DNA of 64,000 bases. Source: an uncultured bacterium. GTDB taxonomy: Bacteria; Oederibacteriota; JAAXVQ01; JAUVAV01. Of this stretch, positions 18,858 through 27,965 are shown piece after piece. The notes beneath the pieces were generated by a model. It was not told the DNA's origin, searched no databases, and saw nothing but the letters and a program-made list of their open reading frames with translations. Position 1 is the stretch's first letter, and each line of letters opens with the position of its first letter. The stretch is taken from positions 640,001 through 704,000 of the forward strand of contig CAVQBK010000003.1 of the NCBI GenBank assembly GCA_963710755.1, given 5' to 3'. The position numbers were made by a program, and so were the translations under genes.

Positions 18858-19586
18858 ATGAGCAGTGCGTCTAGAAAATATCCCCGTACCGTACCTTCCA
18901 AAAAAAATTTAAAAAAAGAACCGATCATGGACCAGAATTTATATGATCAGGATTCTTGGCGTATTTTCCGCATCATGTCCGAGTTCGTAGACGGCTTTGA
19001 GATGATGGCCAATATCGGGCCGGCTGTCACCGTGTTCGGCTCGGCTCGCACTCAGCCGGAAGACCCGGTTTACCAAAAAACCGAGCTCATTGCTTACAAA
19101 TTGGCCAAAGCCGGGTTTGCCATTATCACCGGCGGTGGACCGGGCTCCATGGAAGCGGCCAATAAAGGCGCCATGGAAGCCGGGGGGAGGTCCGTGGGCC
19201 TGAACATTGAACTGCCCATGGAACAAAAAGCCAACCCCTACCTGAATGTGCCCTTGGGCTTTCGCTACTTTTTTGTACGCAAAGTGATGTTCATTAAATA
19301 TGCCCAGGCGGTCATTATCACCCCAGGAGGCCTGGGCACCATGGACGAATGCTTTGAAGTCATGACCCTCATCCAGACAGACAAAATCAAACCAGTACCT
19401 TTGATTCTGGTGGGTCGTGATTATTGGCAAGGTCTGCTGGAATGGATGCAAAGCACCATGATCCCCAGAGGCATGATCAGCGCGGAGGACATGTCGCTCA
19501 TTAAAATTATGGATGACCCTGATGAGATCGCGCGGACCGTCAAAAAAGAAGCCCGCCATCTCAAGAGCAGATTGGAGAATTTTTAG
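18858..19586 (+). CDS. LOG-family Rossmann-fold protein (TIGR00730-like)
   Basis: VFGSAR, TGGGPG.M, FF.RK, PGGLGTMDE. Confidence 0.9.
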   Translation: MSSASRKYPRTVPSKKNLKKEPIMDQNLYDQDSWRIFRIMSEFVDGFEMMANIGPAVTVFGSARTQPEDPVYQKTELIAYKLAKAGFAIITGGGPGSMEAANKGAMEAGGRSVGLNIELPMEQKANPYLNVPLGFRYFFVRKVMFIKYAQAVIITPGGLGTMDECFEVMTLIQTDKIKPVPLILVGRDYWQGLLEWMQSTMIPRGMISAEDMSLIKIMDDPDEIARTVKKEARHLKSRLENF

Positions 19587-19595
19587 CCCTGGCAA

Positions 19596-19625
19596 TTGAC
19601 AGGCCGCTGGCCCATCTGTTACCAT
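19596..19625 (+). promoter_or_regulatory. sigma70-type promoter
   Basis: TTGACA, 18 bp, TACCAT with extended TG. Confidence 0.5.
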
Positions 19626-19707
19626 CATGAGCCCATGACCGCACGGAGGCGATTTAGGGGGTTCCAGCGGCGGTGCAGGGAAGCACCTTAACCGTTAAAG
19701 GACGATC

Positions 19708-20670
19708 ATGCCGCTGTCTGTAAAGCAACGCTTAAAAATTTCCCTTGCCCGGGTGAATGAGCACCTAGCCGCTTTTCTAACCGTGGACTTTCCCTTTGCC
19801 CGAAAAATGATCCGCCATGTGCTGCAAACATCGGGCAAACAACTGCGTTCCCGCGTCACCTTGCTGGCAGCACTTAGCAAAGGCCCGATTACCACGCAAG
19901 TGGAGCGTCTGGCCGCAGCCATCGAACTTTTTCATCAAGCCACCCTGATTCATGACGACGTCATTGACCATGCCCATACCCGGCGCCGTCGCAGCACCCT
20001 CAACCAGCGCTATGGCAACGAGGCTGCGGTGATGCTGGGTGATTATCTGTTTACCAAGACCATGCACATCATGATTCATGATTTGCCGGCGCGGGTGCAA
20101 ACCATTAGTGCTCAGACCATCACCCAGGTTTGTTTGGGCGAGATCGAGGAAATCGGCATGCGCCATAATACCCGCTTGTCCTGGGAAGACTATGAAAAAA
20201 TTATCCATCTAAAAACCGCCTGCCTCTTCAGTGCGGCCTCTGAGTGCGGGGCCTTGCTGGCCGGGCACACACCGGCCATGCAACGCCGCTTTGCGGCCTA
20301 TGGGCAAGCCCTGGGCATGGCTTTTCAGATCCAGGATGATTGGCTTGATCTTCTGGGGTCTTCGCAAAAATTGGGTAAGCAACCGGGCATTGACCTGCAT
20401 GAAGGCCACATCACCTTACCTGTCATTTTGGCCATAAAAGCCCTGCCTCCCAAGGAACGTAACCGCTTTCAGCGCCTGCTGCAACAACCGGACACAACCA
20501 GGGAAATGATTTTACCGTGGCTGGAAAAAACCCAGGCCCTACAGGCCAGCCGCCGCATCGGTGAAGATTATATCAGGCTGGCGGAAAAAGCCCTAGCCCC
20601 TTTAGCTCCGGGACCGGTAAAAACCGAATTATTGAATTTGGCGCATTTTTCTATTGATCGTGAACACTAA
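19708..20670 (+). CDS. Polyprenyl diphosphate synthase (IspB/HepT-like)
   Basis: HDDVID...RR first Asp-rich motif, KTA, FQIQDDWLD second motif, GK..G.DL.EG..TLP. Confidence 0.92.
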   Translation: MPLSVKQRLKISLARVNEHLAAFLTVDFPFARKMIRHVLQTSGKQLRSRVTLLAALSKGPITTQVERLAAAIELFHQATLIHDDVIDHAHTRRRRSTLNQRYGNEAAVMLGDYLFTKTMHIMIHDLPARVQTISAQTITQVCLGEIEEIGMRHNTRLSWEDYEKIIHLKTACLFSAASECGALLAGHTPAMQRRFAAYGQALGMAFQIQDDWLDLLGSSQKLGKQPGIDLHEGHITLPVILAIKALPPKERNRFQRLLQQPDTTREMILPWLEKTQALQASRRIGEDYIRLAEKALAPLAPGPVKTELLNLAHFSIDREH

Positions 20671-20789
20671 ATCGGTTATTAATAATGAATCCTAATTAAA
20701 TATATGAACTTTGTCCTTTATCTCCTCGACCTAAGAGGGGATAGGTTCCTTTATACTGAACCTGATTTCAATTCTTTTGAGGCCAGCGC

Positions 20790-21155
20790 GTGATCAGTTT
20801 AAATACACCCTTACTATTATTATTGGCTTTAGGGACTGCCATCTTTTGTTTGGCCGCAGGCCTTTGGATCTCTTGGCTGCTCCGTCCCAGTCATAAAACT
20901 ACGGTTAAATTGGAACCTTATGAATGCGGTGAGCCCACCATCGGGCCGTCGCAGGTGCGGTTTAAAACCAGGTTTTATTTGTTGGCCATCGCTTTTGTGA
21001 TCTTTGACGTGGAAGCAGTCTTCCTCTTTCCCTGGGCTGTGGCTTTTGAAAAATTGGGCTTATTTGCCTTTGTGGAGATGGTGGTCTTTGTGGGTATTTT
21101 ACTGGTCGGTCTGGGCTATGCCTGGCGGAAAGGAGCCTTGGTATGGCGGTCGTAG
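20790..21155 (+). CDS. nuoA: NADH-quinone oxidoreductase subunit A
   Basis: [23 protein letters not shown]. Confidence 0.95.
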   Translation: MISLNTPLLLLLALGTAIFCLAAGLWISWLLRPSHKTTVKLEPYECGEPTIGPSQVRFKTRFYLLAIAFVIFDVEAVFLFPWAVAFEKLGLFAFVEMVVFVGILLVGLGYAWRKGALVWRS

Positions 21156-21670
21156 AAAAAGTCACCGGTCTGGTAGAGCGTTTCCCCGGGGGCGGTCTGG
21201 TATTGACTTCCCTGGAATGGGTGGTCAATTGGGGACGCAAGAATTCCCTGTGGCCGCTCACTTTTGGTCTTTCCTGTTGCGCCATCGAAATGTTTTCCAC
21301 CGGTGCTTCCCGGTTTGATTGGGCTCGGTTTGGCAATGAAGTTATCCGGGCCACGCCCAGACAGGCGGATCTGATGATCGTGGCGGGTACGGTATGCTGG
21401 AAAATGGCCCCCCGTCTGACCAGGCTCTATGAACAAATGGCGGAACCACGTTATGTGATCGCCATGGGCGCCTGTGCGGTGTCGGGTGGGCCTTTTTATT
21501 ATAATTCCTACGGCACGGTGCGCGGCGTGGATCAATTGGTGCCGGTAGACATTTACATTCCCGGCTGCCCACCCAAACCAGAAGCTTTGATGAACGGTAT
21601 TCTGGAATTGGAAAAAAAGATCATGGAAGAGCCCCTGCCCGGCCGCCGTGCCAAGGTGAAAAAAGCATGA
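21143..21670 (+). CDS. nuoB: NADH-quinone oxidoreductase subunit B
   Basis: [25 protein letters not shown]. Confidence 0.97.
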   Translation: MAVVEKVTGLVERFPGGGLVLTSLEWVVNWGRKNSLWPLTFGLSCCAIEMFSTGASRFDWARFGNEVIRATPRQADLMIVAGTVCWKMAPRLTRLYEQMAEPRYVIAMGACAVSGGPFYYNSYGTVRGVDQLVPVDIYIPGCPPKPEALMNGILELEKKIMEEPLPGRRAKVKKA

Positions 21671-22125
21671 GCTCATCGTCGTTAAAGATTATACTGCAAC
21701 AACTGCCTCAGACCAAACTTACGGAAGGCCAAGGGTTTGCCCGGCAGCTGGAGTTGGCTGCGCCGACTGCTTGGCTGCAGGCTGCCCGACTTCTGAAGTC
21801 GGATGTTGGTTATGACGTGCTGGAAGATTACACAGCTTTGCATCTGGCACCAGGTTTTCAACTGGTCATGCATCTGCTCAGCAGCGAGGATAAGGAAAAG
21901 AAACTGACCGTTAAAACCAGCCTGCCCCAGGACAGCCCGCAGATAGACAGCGTCACGACAGTTTATGCCAGTGCTAATTGGTATGAACGGGAAATCTTTG
22001 ACATGTTTGGCATTGTTTTTAATCAGCATCCTGATCTGAGGCGGATTTTGTGTCCTGACGATTGGCAGGGCCACCCGCTGCGCAAGGATTATGAAGACGA
22101 TAAAATGTTAAAAACCCAGGGTTAA
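21667..22125 (+). CDS. nuoC: NADH-quinone oxidoreductase subunit C
   Basis: [23 protein letters not shown]...W.GHPLRKDY. Confidence 0.95.
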   Translation: MSSSSLKIILQQLPQTKLTEGQGFARQLELAAPTAWLQAARLLKSDVGYDVLEDYTALHLAPGFQLVMHLLSSEDKEKKLTVKTSLPQDSPQIDSVTTVYASANWYEREIFDMFGIVFNQHPDLRRILCPDDWQGHPLRKDYEDDKMLKTQG

Positions 22126-22146
22126 GGGCATTATACCATTGGCGGC

Positions 22147-22178
22147 CTGAAGGGAACAGTCGCGACCGTTCCCTTCAG
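22147..22178. repeat. REP-like palindrome between nuoC and nuoD
   Basis: CTGAAGGGAACAGTCGCGACCGTTCCCTTCAG; shares the core GTCGCGACCGTTCCCT with 27908-27935. Confidence 0.75.
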
Positions 22179-22230
22179 ACGACGGCAGGCTTGAAAACAA
22201 CGCCGGAATTTTAAAACAAAAAGGCAACTC

Positions 22231-23364
22231 ATGACACCAATAGACATTGATTACGTCAGTGCGGACAACCTTGAGACCGATGAGCTGATCCTCAACATGG
22301 GACCGCAGCACCCCAGTACCCATGGCGCCTTGCGTCTGATCCTAAAGCTGGATGGGGAAGAGGTGTTGTCCGCTGATCCGGAAATCGGCTTTGTCCATCG
22401 CGGCTATGAAAAGATGGCCGAGGCCCTGACCTATCCTCAATACATCTATTTAACGGACCGCCTCGATTATCTCTCGGCAATTTTCAATGAATGGGCTTAT
22501 TGTCTGGCCGCAGAAGAATTGGGCCAGATCGAAGTGCCCAAGCGGGCGCAATATCTGCGCGTAATTAGCGGGGAGCTGTGCCGGCTCTCCAGTCATTTGG
22601 TGTGGCTGGGCAGCATGGGCATGGACCTGGGGGCGTTTACGCCCTTAACCTATAGTTTCCGTGAACGGGAAATGATCCTGGAACTTTTTGACGCGTTGTG
22701 CGGCCAGCGCATGACCTTCAATTATTGCCGTATTGGCGGCGTGGCCCGTGATCTGCCGCATGGATTTGTCAGTGCTACCAAGGCTTTTTTGGATTATTTT
22801 AAGCCCATGCCCGATGTTTATGATAATTTGCTCTCGAAAAACCCTATTTTTTTGGCCAGGATGAAGGGCATTGGCCGATTGGATGTGAAAACCGCCTTGT
22901 CCTATGCAGTGACCGGTCCCAATTTAAGAGCCTGCGGGCTGGCCTATGATCTGCGCCGCAGTGAACCCTATTCCAGTTACGGAGATTTTGATTTCAAGGT
23001 GGTTACTGAAACAGAAGGCGACTGCCTGGCCCGTTACCGCGTGCGGGTGGAAGAAATGCGCCAGTCAGTCCGAATCATTGAACAAGCCCTGGCAGGCTTG
23101 CCGGAGGGTCCGGTACAGGCCAAGGTGCCGCGTGTGTTTAAACCCCAGCCCGGCGAAGCCTATAGCCGGCTGGAATCATCCCGTGGAATCCAAGGGTTTT
23201 ACCTGGTCTCCGATGGTTCGGTCAAGCCCAGCCGTTGCCGGATCAGGGTCCCCAGTTTTGCCAATATTGCGGTGTTGCCAGAATTGCTCAAAGGTGTGCA
23301 TGTGGCGGACATTGTGGCCATTATGGGCAGCATTGATTTCATTGTCCCGGAGATCGACCGATGA
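22231..23364 (+). CDS. nuoD: NADH-quinone oxidoreductase subunit D
   Basis: NMGPQHPSTHGALR, HRG.EK, DRLDY, C-terminal EIDR; no NiFe CxxC motifs. Confidence 0.97.
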   Translation: MTPIDIDYVSADNLETDELILNMGPQHPSTHGALRLILKLDGEEVLSADPEIGFVHRGYEKMAEALTYPQYIYLTDRLDYLSAIFNEWAYCLAAEELGQIEVPKRAQYLRVISGELCRLSSHLVWLGSMGMDLGAFTPLTYSFREREMILELFDALCGQRMTFNYCRIGGVARDLPHGFVSATKAFLDYFKPMPDVYDNLLSKNPIFLARMKGIGRLDVKTALSYAVTGPNLRACGLAYDLRRSEPYSSYGDFDFKVVTETEGDCLARYRVRVEEMRQSVRIIEQALAGLPEGPVQAKVPRVFKPQPGEAYSRLESSRGIQGFYLVSDGSVKPSRCRIRVPSFANIAVLPELLKGVHVADIVAIMGSIDFIVPEIDR

Positions 23365-24398
23365 ACTATGTGATGGAACCGGCCCAGTTGCTGGCCCTAA
23401 TCCAAGGGTTCTTGGACCAGGTGACCACCACCTTGGGGTGGCCGTCCTGGATTGCCCAGGTAGTTGGCGCTTTGCTCATGCTCTTGACCCTCTTTATCTT
23501 CTGCAGCCTGGTGGTCATGGTGCTGGTGTACGCTGAAAGAAAAATCGCGGCTCGTATGCAGGCCCGCGTGGGGCCCATGCGGGTGGGCTGGCACGGCTTG
23601 CTTCAGGTGATTGCCGACACCATCAAGCTGCTTTTCAAGGAGACGGAAGTTCCCGCCATGGCGGATAGCTGGGTCTACCGGGCCGCGCCCTATGTGGTGT
23701 TCACAGCCGGGTTCATGGCCCTGTGCGCCCTGCCCATGGGCAGGGGTCTGGTGCCCATTCCCATGAACTTGGGACTCTTATATATGATAGCCATCACCAC
23801 GCCCGGGGTGATCGGTATCCTTATGGCCTCCTGGGGGTCGAGCAACAAATATGCGCTTATCGGCGGCATGCGCAGCGCCGCCCAAATGATCAGTTATGAA
23901 ATACCGCTGGTAATCTCCGTGCTGGGCGTGGTGATGCTGGCACGGTCTTTGGATCTGGCAGTCATCGTGCGAGCCCAGCAGATACCCTATATTCTGTTGC
24001 AGCCCATTGGCTTCATTATCTTCTTGATTGCTGCGGTGGCGGAAACCAACCGCAATCCCTTTGATATTCCGGAAGCAGAATCCGAATTGACCGCCGGGTT
24101 TCATACCGAATACGGCGGTCTGCGTTTCGCTTATTTCTTTTTGGCGGAATACGTCAATATGTTTGTGTTGTCCGCCTTGGCGGCCACACTCTTTTTAAGC
24201 GGATGGCGCGGACCCTGGCTGCCGGGGTGGCTGTGGTATTTGCTTAAAACGGGCTTGGTCTTGTTCGTTTTTATTTGGTTCCGCTGGACCTTTCCACGCC
24301 TGCGTTCCGACCAGCTCATGAGTTTCTGCTGGAAGTTGCTGACGCCTTTGGCTTTTTTAAACCTGATCGTGACCGGCTTGATCATGGTATTGAACTAA
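23361..24398 (+). CDS. nuoH: NADH-quinone oxidoreductase subunit H
   Basis: ERK..A.MQ.R.GP, ETNRNPFDIPEAESEL..GF.TEY, PRLR.DQL. Confidence 0.97.
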   Translation: MNYVMEPAQLLALIQGFLDQVTTTLGWPSWIAQVVGALLMLLTLFIFCSLVVMVLVYAERKIAARMQARVGPMRVGWHGLLQVIADTIKLLFKETEVPAMADSWVYRAAPYVVFTAGFMALCALPMGRGLVPIPMNLGLLYMIAITTPGVIGILMASWGSSNKYALIGGMRSAAQMISYEIPLVISVLGVVMLARSLDLAVIVRAQQIPYILLQPIGFIIFLIAAVAETNRNPFDIPEAESELTAGFHTEYGGLRFAYFFLAEYVNMFVLSALAATLFLSGWRGPWLPGWLWYLLKTGLVLFVFIWFRWTFPRLRSDQLMSFCWKLLTPLAFLNLIVTGLIMVLN

Positions 24399-24438
24399 TT
24401 GACATAAGGGATGCGGGCGAAGGCCCGCCATCTCCGGA

Positions 24439-24936
24439 ATGATGGTGCTACGACAAATGAAAGCATTTATATCTCAATTAATCAGCCTGTTGACCGGCCT
24501 GGGGGTTACCTTTGTACAGATGTTTAAAAAACCCTGTACGATTCAGTACCCGGAACAGCGTTTGGTCTGGCCCGACCGCACTCGCGGCCGGCTGGTGCTG
24601 CCTTTGGATCAGAAGCTCAATAAAAACCGCTGTACAGCTTGTATGATGTGCCAAAAAATATGCCCCAACGGATCCATAGAAATCACCACCAAACAACTGG
24701 AATCAGGCAAACGGGTGTTGGATGATTACCTGCATCATCTGGATCGCTGCACTTATTGCGGGCTGTGCGTAGAGATCTGTCCCTTTGATGCCCTGCGCAT
24801 GAGTCATGAGCATGAAATTGCCGCCCGCGATAAAAACACGCTGAAGCGGCATTTGCAAGAGGAAACACTCTATTTTGCTGAATCGTGGCAAGGCGGCCTG
24901 CCGGCGCCCAAGCAGCAGGGGGAGGCAAAAGCATGA
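24439..24936 (+). CDS. nuoI: NADH-quinone oxidoreductase subunit I
   Basis: TIQYPE and two CxxCxxCxxxCP motifs; start may be 24457. Confidence 0.95.
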   Translation: MMVLRQMKAFISQLISLLTGLGVTFVQMFKKPCTIQYPEQRLVWPDRTRGRLVLPLDQKLNKNRCTACMMCQKICPNGSIEITTKQLESGKRVLDDYLHHLDRCTYCGLCVEICPFDALRMSHEHEIAARDKNTLKRHLQEETLYFAESWQGGLPAPKQQGEAKA

Positions 24937-25427
24937 GTTGGTTAGGCTTTGGCCTGCTGGCCCTGGTGACACTGGCCAGCGCTCTGGTGGTGGTCGTGAA
25001 ACGCAATCTTTTTCACGCGGTCCTGGCGTTTGCCATTACCAGTCTGGGCATTGCCGGGTTCATGCTGACTCTGCGGGCGGAATTTCTGGCTCTGGTCGTG
25101 ATCCTGGTCTATATCGGGGCGGTGGTGGTCATGGGTGTCTTTGCGGTCATGCTGACCGGTAAATTTGAAGAGTCGCCAATACCCACCAGCAATGAACTAG
25201 TCTCCACGGCCGTGGTGGTGGTACTGGCCTTGGTAGGGCTGGTGATTGGGGTTATCCTGATTCAACCCCAGCCGGGCGGTCGCTTGGGCACCCCTCTCAG
25301 CTTGGAACGATTAGGCCAACTGCTGCTTACGGATTATGTATTACCCTTTGAGCTGGTCTCCATTCTGCTGTTGGCTGCGCTCATTGGGGCTATTGTCATT
25401 GCCAAAGGAAAGGAGCGCCAGCCATGA
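24933..25427 (+). CDS. nuoJ: NADH-quinone oxidoreductase subunit J
   Basis: AEFLA...ILVYIGAV, YVLPFELVSILLLAALIGA; ATG 24933 overlaps the nuoI stop. Confidence 0.93.
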   Translation: MSWLGFGLLALVTLASALVVVVKRNLFHAVLAFAITSLGIAGFMLTLRAEFLALVVILVYIGAVVVMGVFAVMLTGKFEESPIPTSNELVSTAVVVVLALVGLVIGVILIQPQPGGRLGTPLSLERLGQLLLTDYVLPFELVSILLLAALIGAIVIAKGKERQP

Positions 25428-25732
25428 TGACCCTGGGGGCTACCCCTTATTTAATTATCTCGTCCATGCTTTTTGCCATTGGGCTGTTCGGTGCCTTGAC
25501 CAGGCGCAATGCCGTGGCGCTGCTCCTTTCCATTGAATTGATCATGCTGGCCGTGGCCTTGAACTTTGTGGCGGCCACGGTGTTTACCGGGCTGGCCGAA
25601 GGCCAAGTGTTTGCGGTATTCGTGATCACCATTGCCGCTGCGGAAGCAGCCGTGGGCTTGGCTTTGATTATCACCATCTTCCGTCTGCAGAAAGATGTGG
25701 ATCTTGATCGCCTGACGATTTTAAAAGGTTAA
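25424..25732 (+). CDS. nuoK: NADH-quinone oxidoreductase subunit K
   Basis: RRN....SIEL, AAAEAAVGLA. Confidence 0.96.
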   Translation: MMTLGATPYLIISSMLFAIGLFGALTRRNAVALLLSIELIMLAVALNFVAATVFTGLAEGQVFAVFVITIAAAEAAVGLALIITIFRLQKDVDLDRLTILKG

Positions 25733-25760
25733 GCGTCTGAGCTTTTAGGCAACTACATGA

Positions 25761-25866
25761 AAATCGAGAATCGAGAATCGACCGCATTTAAACGAATTGA
25801 TCAACTTTTGATTTTCGATACTCGAATGCTTGGGAACATGAATACTTGATGGTTATGTTCCCAGGC
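25761..25866. repeat. Heptamer tandem repeats plus 14-bp hairpin between nuoK and nuoL
   Basis: AAATCGA-GAATCGA-GAATCGA (25761-25781), inverted degenerate copies at about 25809-25824, stem 25828-25841/25853-25866. Confidence 0.6.
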
Positions 25867-25880
25867 TTGAGGAGACCGCA

Positions 25881-27758
25881 ATGACAGAACTTTCTTGGAT
25901 TATTCCTATGCTGCCCTTGACTGGGGCGGTGGTGGTTTTTTTACTGGGGAAACGGGTTAACCGCTGGAGCGGCTGGATCACGTCCATCATGGTATTTCTG
26001 GCTTTGATGATTGGTACTAAGATCTTCAGTTATTTCCTGGTTCATCCTGACATCAAACATGTTTCCATAACCTGGCTAAAAACAGCAGGCCAATTGCAAT
26101 TGGATTTTGGCATTCTACTCGATCCCTTGTCTGTGCTCATGCTGGTGATCGTGTTGCTGGTGTCCTTTATGGTTCATATTTATTCCATGGGCTACATGGC
26201 CGACGATCCCAACCGTTCCCGCTACTTCGCCTTTTTATCATTGTTTACTTTTTCCATGCTGGGGCTGGTACTGGCGGACAACCTTATCTTGCTTTACATG
26301 TTTTGGGAACTGGTGGGGCTCTCGTCCTACTTGCTCATCGGGTTTTGGAATCACAAGCCGGAGGCGGCCAATGCCGCCAAGAAAGCATTTATTGTTACCC
26401 GCTTTGGCGACCTGGGGTTCCTAGTGGCCTTGCTGCTGCTGGGGTTAACCCTCAACCAATTTAATATTTTAGATCTGGGCCGCGCTGTCAACAGCGGCCA
26501 ACTGAGCGGCCCGGTGGTCACGGCCCTGGCGTTGCTCATTTTTGCCGGTGCTGCCGGTAAGAGCGCTCAGTTTCCCTTGCATATTTGGTTGCCCGATGCC
26601 ATGGAAGGGCCCACCCCGGTCTCGGCGTTAATTCACGCGGCCACCATGGTAGCCGCCGGCATCTTCTTAGTGGCTCGGGTCTTCCCGCTGTTTGAAGCCT
26701 CGGCCACGGCCATGACCGTGGTGGCGACGGTGGGCGGCATTACCGCCTTTTTTGCGGCCACCATTGCCTGTGTGCAGAATGACATCAAGCGCATTCTGGC
26801 TTACAGCACCTTGTCCCAATTGGGCTACATGATGATGGCCATGGGTTGCGGCGGCTATGCGGCCGGCATGTTCCACCTGACCACGCATGCCGCCTTCAAG
26901 GCTTTACTCTTTTTGGCAGCCGGAGCCGTGATTCATGCGGTGCACACCAACAATATTTGGGAGATGGGTGGTCTGGGCAAAAGAATGAAAATCACCGGCC
27001 TGACCATGGGTGTGGCGGGCCTGGCCCTGGCAGGGGTACCGCCCTTGTCCGGCTTTTTCAGCAAGGACGTGGTGCTCATGGCCAGTTACAACGCCCACCG
27101 GCTCGATCTTTTGGTCGTTGGCTTGATAACCGCTCTGCTGACCAGTTTTTATATTGCCCGTTTGTTTTTTGTGGTCTTCACCGGGCCTGAGCAAAACCAT
27201 GGTAGCCACGAAGCACCTCTGGTGATGACCATTCCCTTGATGATTCTGGCCGCGCTTACAGTGGGGTTGGGCTTTTTCGGCAAGGGATTGGAACACTTTC
27301 TTCAGTTCTCTTTTGGTGCACCTCAACCGAACGGGGAGGTGCATACCCGGGTGGTACCCATGCTGGCTTTTTTAGCAGCCATCATGGGTATGGGCTGGGC
27401 TTATCTGGTGTATGCCCAAAAAGCTGTTTCCGCGGCTTTGCTGCAGCGGCGCTTTGCCGGATTACACAGCTTGCTGACGCATAAATATTATATTGATGAG
27501 ATCTATATGTTTCTGGTTAGGCGCGTGTTGTGGGTTGTAGCCTCAGGCTTGGCCTGGTTTGACCGGCATGTCGTGGACGGTGCGGTCAATGGCGTAGCCT
27601 GGATTTGCCAACAAATGGGTCAGGGACTGCGGGTGTTGCAGTCCGGCCGTTTGCATGCGTACATGCTCGTATTTATACTGGGCGTGCTGGTGCTGTTGGT
27701 CTCGTTGCTGGTTAATCATCCCCAGGTTATGGCCGCTGTGGCCGGGATAATGCATTAG
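25881..27758 (+). CDS. nuoL: NADH-quinone oxidoreductase subunit L
   Basis: WELVGLSSYLLIGFW, GKSAQFPLHIWLPDAMEGPTPVSALIHAATMV, HAAFKALLFL. Confidence 0.97.
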   Translation: MTELSWIIPMLPLTGAVVVFLLGKRVNRWSGWITSIMVFLALMIGTKIFSYFLVHPDIKHVSITWLKTAGQLQLDFGILLDPLSVLMLVIVLLVSFMVHIYSMGYMADDPNRSRYFAFLSLFTFSMLGLVLADNLILLYMFWELVGLSSYLLIGFWNHKPEAANAAKKAFIVTRFGDLGFLVALLLLGLTLNQFNILDLGRAVNSGQLSGPVVTALALLIFAGAAGKSAQFPLHIWLPDAMEGPTPVSALIHAATMVAAGIFLVARVFPLFEASATAMTVVATVGGITAFFAATIACVQNDIKRILAYSTLSQLGYMMMAMGCGGYAAGMFHLTTHAAFKALLFLAAGAVIHAVHTNNIWEMGGLGKRMKITGLTMGVAGLALAGVPPLSGFFSKDVVLMASYNAHRLDLLVVGLITALLTSFYIARLFFVVFTGPEQNHGSHEAPLVMTIPLMILAALTVGLGFFGKGLEHFLQFSFGAPQPNGEVHTRVVPMLAFLAAIMGMGWAYLVYAQKAVSAALLQRRFAGLHSLLTHKYYIDEIYMFLVRRVLWVVASGLAWFDRHVVDGAVNGVAWICQQMGQGLRVLQSGRLHAYMLVFILGVLVLLVSLLVNHPQVMAAVAGIMH

Positions 27759-27817
27759 TCTCCATATCTCCAAGATCTACGTTTTTGGCGTAGATGACGG
27801 ATCCCTTGTTGATTGAG

Positions 27818-27845
27818 GCAGGGTCTCAACATATTGAGCCCCTAC
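27818..27845. repeat. GTAG-type REP-like hairpin
   Basis: GCAGGGTCTCAACATATTGAGCCCCTAC (reverse strand begins GTAGGGG). Confidence 0.6.
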
Positions 27846-27907
27846 ATAGAAAAAAATACCTGCCATTCATAGTATTGGCACCAGGCGAATGTATTGAAAA
27901 AAATGTT

Positions 27908-27935
27908 GTAGGGCCCGGTCGCGACCGTTCCCTAC
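27908..27935. repeat. GTAG-type REP-like palindrome between nuoL and nuoM
   Basis: GTAGGGCCCGGTCGCGACCGTTCCCTAC. Confidence 0.8.
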
Positions 27936-27965
27936 CAATGCGCAGATAAGGTAACAGGAGCAACC

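Noticed and set aside
22231-23364. Group 4 [NiFe] hydrogenase large subunit
   Set aside because: Lacks both CxxC Ni-binding motifs; motifs match NuoD.
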